In this document: piece by piece, positions 54,555 through 64,000 of the stretch
Numbering within the stretch: the stretch's first letter is position 1
How the letters are laid out: every line of letters begins with the position of its first letter
Origin: Chrysomallon squamiferum
Taxonomy: Eukaryota > Animalia > Mollusca
Assembly (NCBI GenBank): GCA_012295275.1
Contig: CM022679.1
Coordinates: forward strand, 3,720,001-3,784,000
DNA: 64,000 nt
Reading direction: 5' to 3'
Translations under genes and position numbers: made by a program
The notes under the pieces: generated by a model
The model's database searches: none
Seen by the model: the letters and a program-made list of their open reading frames with translations, nothing else
What the model was told of the DNA's origin: nothing

Positions 54555-57510
54555 TTTATCGCCGTCGTTCTTGTTCAGCTGATTTCGGTGCTATAATCAG
54601 CTGGATGATATAACGAGTTTACATTTACTATGATTTAGTCCAAGCATCTACCGTTATTTCTTGCCCCGAATACCAAATTGTATCAATCAGTAATACTAGG
54701 CGTGATGACCAAAAGGCCTTCGTTTTCATCGCTAAATATCCTGGTAAGTATTAACGAACAAATTTCAGAAAAAAATTCTAATCGTTGAATGTTCATTCTT
54801 GATATAGTCATTTTTCTCTAACAACTGCATGGTTTATATTTCTTTTGAAGTCAGTGATATCAAATCAACTTGAACACATCCGTTGTTATGAAATAGAAAA
54901 CACGAATAAAAATGTTTGGATGTAAACCTCTAATAACCTTTTTTTAATCAAATAATATTCAACAGATATGTATTATGAAAAATGACACAACTAAAGAGAT
55001 CTACAGGGAAAGTGAAAAAGCATCCTATATGGTCCATGGTAACCAGTGGATATCGTACGATAACTGGAAGAATATTCGATACAAGGTGTCTCTTTATCTT
55101 ATAACTTTTATTATCTTATTAAGCAAATAAACAACAAATCAAATAATTTTAAAAGGTTGAAATCTGTAATATAAGATAAAATGATCAAAATTATCCTAAA
55201 TATATATAATACATAAAGAGTTAAATAAAACTAAAAGAAGTATGTATTACAATTAAGAAGTTGGCAGACATCTCAAATAAATGACCTTGTGTATCCAGGC
55301 AGCATTTCTGAAAGAAGAATATTATTTTTAAGATCCTTAATTTCTAAATATCTAACATAAATAAAATATACAGGTATGCTATGCAAAAAAGTATGGGTTT
55401 GGAGGAGTTATGATCTGGGCTCTAGATCTTGATGACTTTAATGGAGAGTTTTGTGGAAAAGGCAAATGGCCGGTTTTAAATTCTGTCAAAAATGAGATAA
55501 AGCAAAAACGTCCGTGTTTCGCCCGCAGGTTTACATTATTTTTTTACTTCATAGTTTTTCTTTTTGTACCTGTGATAATCTATGAACACTTTTCTAAATG
55601 TTGTTTTATCTATCTGTCTTTTTCCACAGCAGAGAATTTAGAATAATTTTTGTTTTATATTTAAATTTCTGACTAAAAGAGATGTCAGATGTGATGACTA
55701 AAAGTAATTTTATCTAGAGTTATACAATATATATATTTAACCATATCGGTTAATTCATACACAAAGAAATATTTTTATTTTATTTTTATAGAACCAAACA
55801 TTTTATTGTTATTACATAAATATTACTTTTTTACAGGACTACACTTTCCCCGAAAATGAATTCGAAAAAAACAAAAGGTATACTTTATTTATTAATTTTA
55901 CAAGACAATAAAATTTTACATAAGGTCAATTATGTCAACAGAGTAGTGGAGAATAGTTGTAAGACAGTGTGTACTTGTGAAGATGCCATTACAATCTAAC
56001 GTGTAGATAAAATAAAAATTATCGGAAATAACAGATTCTGACTATATGCCATTTATTTGCAAGGTATAAACTGCAGACTCCTTTGTATCAACCTTTAATT
56101 TTTAATTAAATCCTTCCATCTAATGACTATTAGTAAACTCACTTTTGCAGTTATCCGCTTTCTATATCTCTGTCATTTAATTAATATATCCTTGTATAAC
56201 GAAAATAAATCTTTGGTTTACTTCTTTCATTTTATTATCTTACCCTGACAGCCGTACTAAGCAGCAAATAATCTGTATTATAACACTGTAACATTAGTCA
56301 GTGGAAACACACTGCGCAGCCGCAATACACCGTCACATCCGTATAAAAAGAAGTTCATACACATCTGTGAGCCTTTGAGGAATTCTCTTACAGTTGTATC
56401 AGTTAATCATCGGCAGTAATCACCTTTAACAAAAATAAGTAAACAACACTTTCTGTTCACAACTTTGTTAAAAGTCTTCCCCATATGGTTTTTAAATCTG
56501 TTTCCAGATTCAATCTGCATAGAATTTACCTGAAAGTCAGAGACAGTTTGTGATTTTAGATGTTAACATTTAAGCTTTTATCTGTTATAGGATATTTTTG
56601 GACTTTTTTTTTTTTTTTTTTACACTGTCATGAATTGTATGTTCCCTTTCATCTTAGATAATAAAATTAGAACTCAGTTTTGATTTAGGAGTTTGTATGT
56701 ATGTAAATTTGTAAAGTAATTACTTGTTTTACGTCGCCTTGGTGAACAGAACGTCAGACAACTCCAACATCTAAAACGACCACGGTGAAGAGTACGAGCA
56801 CTAAACAGAACAATTCGCGAAAGACATTTATGAAAAATTCAGAAATAAGACATATCCTATATCAAATGAAATCAACAGTAACTGATTTAGTCATTTCATT
56901 TGAGTAGGATGCTTTTTGCAATTATGGAATTAATATCAGTTTTGTAAAGATGTGCTGTTCGACGGTAATTTTGAGATTTCCTTCATGAATATTTATGTTT
57001 ATAAAGACATTCGCCACATATTCTTTCCTTTCACATCAAAAATTCCTAGTATTAACATTTTAAATTAGTTTTCCTTTGACAGTTTGCGTGTTTCTTTTCA
57101 TCTGCGGACAACTCGGTCGAACAGGAAATATACTACTTCTAAACGGGCTGTGGGTGAAATATCAATTAGGTTTTGATATTTATTATTAATTTAGATATAA
57201 GGGAAATCAAAGTGGGTGATTTAAACATTTCATTTGTGTGCGGTGCTTTTTTATCTTTAAGCGTAGTCACCTGAAGTCTGGGACACAGCTACACTTTTGT
57301 AAATAGTGAGCTAGCTGCTACAGGCTAACTCTCAAGTTTTATTTTATATTATTTATTTATTTTTATTCTATTCTTTTCTTCTTCTTCTTCTGATTATTAT
57401 TATTATTTTATTCTGTTCGGTGCACTAGTGTATTCTGGGTTTTTTCTGCATATTATCCGTATTTTAGTACATATTATATAAATAAATAATTTTTTATTTA
57501 CTATTTTCAG

Positions 57511-57710
57511 AAGTGGATAAAAACTATTGTAGAGGTAAACAGAAAAAGAGATATTATGTTCCTAAAAACTGCTCAGTATACTACGACTGCACCATAGGTA
57601 TAACATTAGTAAAGTCTTGTGCACCTGGCACCTTCTTCAACTTTGAGCTGCAGGAGTGTGTATACAGACATCAAACCACGTGTGGAAAAAAGCAGAAGAA
57701 ACAGAAATAA
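57511..57710 (+). CDS. Copy 2 terminal exon: CBM14 domain
   Basis: Three nucleotide differences from the copy 1 exon (I>N, I>V, R>Q); all six Cys intact. Confidence 0.8.
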
Positions 57711-58281
57711 TAATAAAGATAATAAAATTTATTCACACATTTATATATAATTTAGATCTAATTGTCATTTAATTATTAAAAACCAATATACTACATTATA
57801 CAATTCACAGATGTCAGTATACAATTTGTTTTTGTAATTTTGAACATTTTCTATTAATAAAATTAATTTTATTTATGATTTTATGTACGGTAGAAAGTTC
57901 ATGTTTCGATACTGATACCCTTAATATGCTAGGAAGAGTTTTAAATATATTTAAGCGTTATTTTTTATATCTATAATATATTTATTATTGTTATGCCTGA
58001 TCGTTTGATATAAAATATTTAGCTACCTTAACCAAAATAATAATTGTTAAAGTTACGTACATACACTTTATGCTACGAATAAAAAATACTTGAATTAAAG
58101 GTGCATGTCTTACTACATGTATTTGTGTACAATAATAATTACAAAATTAAATGATATAATAAAAAATCTGTGACTGTTTATAATTACGAGAACATAATAA
58201 TTCAAAACATATAATTATCAATGGCAGTGAAAGATCAGTTTTAAAAATGGGCGCAGTATAACAAAACACATGTCATGACAC

Positions 58282-58875
58282 GAATTTTTTTAACGTGTTT
58301 TTAATTAAGAAAAATCTATGTATAAAAACAAAATAAAAGAGAATGTAAAACAATTTTGTCAAATAAGAAAAATGCATGTATAAGTGACAAATATTGTATA
58401 AAAACAAAAAAGAGAATATAAAAAACAAATTCGTTTTGTATAGTGTACAGGGTTAGTGTTTATCCACATTTTCATGAACAGAGGTCCTCTGCTTAGAAAT
58501 TATTTTAAGGCCTTTCACTGGAGTTATAACTTTTATCAACTCATTCTACTTCAGTGTGGTACATATCGTAAAAGTACGACGCTTGTACTGCCTAGCCATG
58601 TTGACTAGCCATTTTTCTATCATACCATGTTTTAATTCAATGGACGACATCATCCGCTTCTTCTTCTCAGCACTGTCCTTTGCAATGACTTTATTAGAAT
58701 CCAGGGAAATTTAGCAAAATACTGCACAAAAAAACGAGCACCACACAGCAGAGATGCTTCCACGGCGAGGTAACCACGTGAAGCAAACGAGTGAGTCGCG
58801 GGATGCTGGGCGGATGTTTTGTTGTTCGTTGCGCCAACTAGCGGCAGCGCATCTGAAAATCGCTCGTAACTCAAA
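58282..58875 (-). mobile_element. Tigger/pogo remnant, unit 3 (left end missing)
   Basis: Homologous to the unit 1 and unit 2 remnants, in the same position relative to the gene. Confidence 0.78.
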
Positions 58876-59167
58876 ACAATATATATATATATGTAAGAAA
58901 TAAATAAAGAAATTAATTAAAATGTTCGACGTCCTAAATTTCTTAGGATCTTATATCTTATTATTACTGTCTAACTGATTCTTAATTCCACGTAATTTCT
59001 TATTCATTTACGGTCTTTCTGCTTTAAAAGTAAAGAGTTTTTTTCCCGTACACCGTAATTTGAATAATTATTACGACTCTAGCTGTGAAATCCCAAATAA
59101 TTTGGTCAATAAGCAAGTTTTATATTGTCTTATACGTATCTGGCAGACAACCAGTAAACTGAATGAT

Positions 59168-59199
<32 letters not shown>

Positions 59200-59289
59200 T
59201 AATATTATTTTTCTTCTTTTGTTGCTGTTAAAACTAAGGAGGTGCAGTATTTACTAATGACATCGAGCTGTTGCGCTAAATTTAAAACC

Positions 59290-59431
59290 TACGTCACAAA
59301 TATATATATATATATAACTTAATAACTTACAACGTACACTGATTGACTTCCGTTATAGTCATTGAAATTAACCAAAATGCGTATATTTTGCTAGTTATAA
59401 CACCATAAGAAACCTAGCGAAAAGTTTTCAG
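59290..59431 (+). promoter_or_regulatory. Putative promoter and non-coding first exon, copy 3
   Basis: TACGTCA plus a TATA tract and donor CAG|GTGAGT, homologous to copies 1 and 2. Confidence 0.5.
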
Positions 59432-60076
59432 GTGAGTATTATGTGTCGCTTAACACCAGTTTACAGTGTGCATTCCTGTAATTAAGGAATTATTATTCAA
59501 ACAAAAATTTAATTAGCTATATTAATATAAAAATACAAAAAAACACACACCCCAAAACACTGATAATGTAACGAGTTTACAATTACTATGATCCGTTGGT
59601 AAAAAGTTAAATAAAATAAAATAATCAATAGAATAAATAAATTAAGTAATAATAATAATTCTCCATCATTTATGTGAATGTATTCTTATAACAAACTGAT
59701 GTAATGAATGACGTAATAGCGTCGATCGTTAGACCGGAATAGATCAATAATCGCACTGGCGTAATTCGAGAATAGGAGGGGGGACGGTTCATTATTGACT
59801 GTTCTCTTGGGACAAAACTTCTCCCTGAATGTATGTGGGGGGGGAGCGCGCGTCTGAGTCCGTGTATGTCTGTGTGTTTTTGTATTATTATTCTTATTAC
59901 TGCTTTTTTTATTTTTTTTTTTTTTTATTATCACTGTATCTCAGATCTGGATTCCTATTTTGAAGCAATATGGACTAGTGATTTATGGGACCCGTTGTGT
60001 ATTAGGGTCTCTGAAGCTCAAACTTAATATCATAACATAACAACATAACCGATCCAGCTCTATGCCTGTGTGGGTG

Positions 60077-60126
<50 letters not shown>

Positions 60127-60803
60127 TCTAGCTTATATATAAAGGTGTCTGTGTGTGCATATTGTTGTTAAATGTTGTGAAAATATATTATTATTTAACG
60201 CTTTCGGAATGAAAATAACAAATAATGTAAAGTTTGTGAAGAAAACTTTAAGAAAAGAAAGGAAATGTTTGTTAATGTTAAACCTATGTGGTTATTGTTA
60301 ATTAAAGTTACACACACTGTAAATCAACATTAAAAAACAGAAAATAATCATCATCATAATTATCCGCTACAAAGTCTCACAAATGTAAGGACAACATGTT
60401 ATATAAATACATTTTAAGAAAAGCTGGGTATTCAATTATTATTTAATGTAATATTATTATTAACTGAATGTTAGTATGCATTTTGAATTTAAGATAGAAC
60501 TATGTCAGAGTTTTCCATATTGGTTACTCCACATTTCAGATAAGTAGTAGCAGTAGAAAAAGACATCGTAAGCTATAACTGATGTTACAAAATTAGTTCT
60601 ATGTCTATATAGATGTGTTTGTAAATGTATGTGTGTGTACCGATACATTTTATTTATATCTGGTAATGTAATGTTTTAAAATCCATGCACAAATAATGTA
60701 TGTGTCTCAGTTTCAGATATATCTCTGTCTATGTATTGTTATTTATTATTATTATTGTTATTATTATTATTATTATTATTATTTTGTAGACTGATATTTC
60801 CAG

Positions 60804-62158
60804 ATGCATCCGCAAAAATTATTCTTGATGTCCTTTCTAACTCTCATACCTGTATTAGCTAGAGCCAAAGGTATGACATCATACTGTTTATTTCTGGAAC
60901 ATACATAAATACATATATACAAAGTTATATACATATATGCAAGGATACATACATACATACATACATACATACATACATACATACATACATACATACATAC
61001 ATACATACATACATGTATGTATGTATAAATATAGAGAAGTATAGGTGTAAATAAATTAAATAAATATATATATATGTGCGTATATGTATATGTTTCTATG
61101 TAAAGAAAGAGAGATACATGTTGCCTAAGTGTGGAAGATCAGATGTATTTGTTATCTTAATAATCAGATTATAAAGTCTCTTCTTTTTTTCTTTCTTTTT
61201 TTTCTCTAGATTATCGGGTTGTTTGCTATTACACAAACTGGGCGCAATACAGAGGGGGAAAAGCAAGGTTCTTGCCAGAAAACATAGATCCTTCTTTGTG
61301 TACACATATCATTTATGCGTTTGCAGACCTCGAGTACGACAAAGAAAATGACAAAGGTTCCACAAGGCATTAATAATACATGTATAAGATATCTGATTCT
61401 TTTACACATTTTATGTTCTAAGAATTATGTCTGTTATCCTCTGAGTAGAGGTTACAGTCTAAACTACACTATCTAGATAGGCAAATATCTTTCTTTTAGC
61501 AGTTTCGTTTAGGAAATGTTAGCTTTTATAAGTTAGTGTACAATTTACTTTGTATTGGAGCTCAGAGTATTATCATCAAGTTGAGGGTCTTTTCAACAGG
61601 ATTAATATCCCTTTCATTCGAGAAAAGCACACCATTTAAATTTCTTTGGTCATTTTATCATTGTTATTTTCAATTTAAGATTGTATAATTAATATGAAAT
61701 TAATTGATTAATTAATTAAACATTTGTAATGGGACAAGCAAACAAAAATAAAACAAGAGTTTACACATATAAACACAGAGACAGATCTTTTTCTTTCTTT
61801 TACAGTTCGGTTAAACGCGTTCGAGTGGAATGATGAATCAAAAACTGATTTCAAAGGAATGTAGGTTACAGTGAATAAACTCTGATATTTCATTCATTCT
61901 AAAAATCTTAATAAATTTCAAAAAAATATATATATATATATATATATATTACAGTTTTTTAGTCCTATATTAAAACCTATTTATGCCGCATGCAAAATGA
62001 TTCCGCCGATTCTCTTTCCTGTTTTTGCGAATTTTGCTGAAACTTGCAGTATTGATCAATTACCTAATGGTTTTGTTTCTAAACTGCTGCCAATTTTCAC
62101 CAAGAGTTACCTGCAGGAACTTTTATAAACTGTTTTCCATTGCAGCCGTATTTACTAT

Positions 62159-62190
<32 letters not shown>

Positions 62191-63777
62191 CAGTAGAAAC
62201 TGCATTGTTTTTGATTGGTATGATTTACCGTAATTTAAAGCATTAATTATATTTTTTCAAAGAAAGATGAAATGGATAACAATCAAAATAAACAGAAGAA
62301 AAAAAAACCTAAACAAAATAAAAAACTTAATCTTTTTTTTTTTTTTCATTTAAAGGTATGAACGGTTTCAAAAGGTTTTGTCTAAGTTTTCTAATGTGAC
62401 AAAAATTCTTGCTGTTGGTGGCTGGGATAAATATACAAAACCTCTTGATGCACTTTTTTCAAATGATTATAGTCGCCGATATTTTGCTAATACCACAGTA
62501 AGATTCTTAAGAAAAAACTACTTCGATGGTCTCGATCTGCATTGGAAATATCCAGTTAACAAGGAAAATAGAGGAAAAGGAAAAATTCAACTTATCCAGC
62601 TGATGCAGGTAAACTTAAAAATGAAGACATTATTTTTGTCCTTTTAAACATGTTTCTCTCGCTAAGGTATTTCTAGCTAATTAGATATCTGTGTATTTGC
62701 TGCATTGAAAGAACACAAAGAGGAAGAAGTACGTAAACACAAAAAGATAATGAAATTAATTAATTAGTTCATTAAAGAAAAGTAATTCGCGCAGCTTAGA
62801 TATGACTACTTTACTGAAGAGGAAGAAAGGTACTTTGTAGCAGCCCCGATATGTTTTTCTCTATTTCCAAGGCACTGAAATCAGCCTTTACAGAGGAAAA
62901 CCAACGGACACACAAACCTAGACTCTTACTGATTTTATCTGCAAATGTTCAGACTGATGTGATGACATCATCTTACCACGCTGAAGCAATCTGCAGGTTG
63001 TATGTGCAAAACACTGCTTAAAAACAACGCATTAGCTAATGTGGTAAAATAACATTTATAATAATAAACCAAATTCAGATCATATTATTTACAGTCATGT
63101 CTGAAATACACGAATGCTCAGACATTTATTTTTGTTTACCTACAGACATACAATGTGTAATTTCTTTATTAATTTGGTTGTGACGTATTTTAATGGTTCT
63201 CACGTATTTCACTTACATGATTTTAGTCGTTGTCACGTATTTCAGATATACTGATTTTATAAACGTCCACACATATGACTTCCATGGTCTTTCGTTTGAC
63301 GTTACAGATCACTTTAGTCCAGTCTATAAGCCAGATACAAGCTCTACCGTGAGTTCATATTTAACTGTTTTCCTATGGAAATATAAGAATGCATCGGCTT
63401 TTCTCATTATTTTTTCTTATATGATTTTCCATGCTTATTTTTCATTTATTTACTGATTATTATTGCTATTTTTATTTTTATTTTTATTTTATTTTTTTAA
63501 TATTATTCGATATTATATGGATGTATTTAATTTGTTTTTATTTTTAATTTATTTATTTATTTATTTTTTTGTTTACTTTTATTTTATATGTTCACAGGAT
63601 TTTGCAATGAAATTTTGGACAAATCGAGTTTGTGGTAAAGAAAAACTGAATTTGGGTTTAGCACTGTTCGGTCGGTCTTTTACCCTGAAATCAGAAAATG
63701 ATGATATATACGCCCCATCTTCCGCAGGTAACCGCGGTCGTTACACTCTAACACAAGGTTTCTTGGCATACTACGAG
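60804..63777 (+). CDS. GH18 chi-lectin copy 3, partial (runs off the window). Exons 60804-60870, 61210-61356, 61806-61860, 62356-62608, 62872-62996, 63246-63348, 63598-63777
   Basis: Seven exons, GT-AG, same lengths and phases as copy 1, no stops. Signal peptide MHPQKLFLMSFLTLIPVLARA; motif [11 protein letters not shown] at 62522-62554. Confidence 0.9.
63176..63245 (+). repeat. Short (~3 unit) form of the acceptor minisatellite (copy 3)
   Basis: Cores at 63182 (degenerate), 63201 and 63234. Confidence 0.75.
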
Positions 63778-64000
63778 GTGAGTGATATAAACTCGTGGTT
63801 ATTTTGACATACCCCTGTGAAAGAATTCCTATCTCTAACGTTTTTTTCACTCAACAGTTAATTAATTCCATCCAATTCGATATTTTTACAGATATTATAT
63901 ATACATACATAGGAGTGTACGTGTGTGTGTGTGTGTGTGTGTGTTTATACATACATACATACATATATATAGTGGCACCTACGACGTACGGACACTTAGA

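Larger units (their letters stand above)
49085..57710 (+). pseudogene. GH18 chi-lectin + CBM14, copy 2; disrupted. Exons 49085-49151, 49650-49796, 50233-50287, 50899-51152, 52021-52145, 52784-52886, 53222-53401, 54966-55085, 55374-55528, 55837-55877, 57511-57710
   Basis: All 11 exons are homologous to copy 1. Exon 4 is 254 nt rather than 253: an extra T at 50942 gives GTG TAA (stop) and a frameshift. The intron 1 donor is GC (AAG|GCATGA) rather than GT. Motif [12 protein letters not shown] consensus error next to the A7 run is possible. Confidence 0.75.

Noticed and set aside
56090-57310. Copy-2-specific extra sequence in intron 10 as a defined transposon
   Set aside because: No clear TIRs, target-site duplication or coding remnant could be identified by eye.
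36900-64000. Three units as an assembly artefact (uncollapsed haplotypes)
   Set aside because: There are three copies with large copy-specific indels (e.g. intron 4 is 873 nt versus 263 nt) and locally high coding divergence, which favours true paralogues; read depth would settle it.

Overview
AT-rich, microsatellite-dense animal genomic DNA with spliceosomal GT-AG introns. It is probably molluscan/lophotrochozoan, but the species cannot be established from this window. The right half (~36.8-64 kb) is a head-to-tail tandem array of three ~9.5-11.7 kb units. Each unit carries a Tigger/pogo transposon remnant followed by a + strand gene for a secreted GH18 chitinase-like protein. Copies 1 and 2 have 11 coding exons and end in a C-terminal CBM14 (peritrophin-A) domain. 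All three copies have the catalytic motif DxxDxDxE changed to [10 protein letters not shown] (D->H, E->K), so they are predicted non-hydrolytic chi-lectins with a cationic active-site pocket; the two visible CBM14 domains are also strongly cationic. Copy 1 is intact (481 aa). Copy 2 has a 1-bp insertion with an immediate stop and a GT->GC donor, so it is a pseudogene or an assembly error. Copy 3 is intact as far as the window goes and has a strongly diverged ligand-binding exon. A 33-bp minisatellite built from an intron acceptor site has expanded to different lengths in each copy. The left half holds one minus-strand 3-exon gene (~212 aa, ParB/sulfiredoxin-like N-terminal domain plus acidic tail, ~13 kb intron); the rest is non-coding DNA and simple repeats. 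All exon models were assembled by hand from splice signals and reading frame, without alignment tools.
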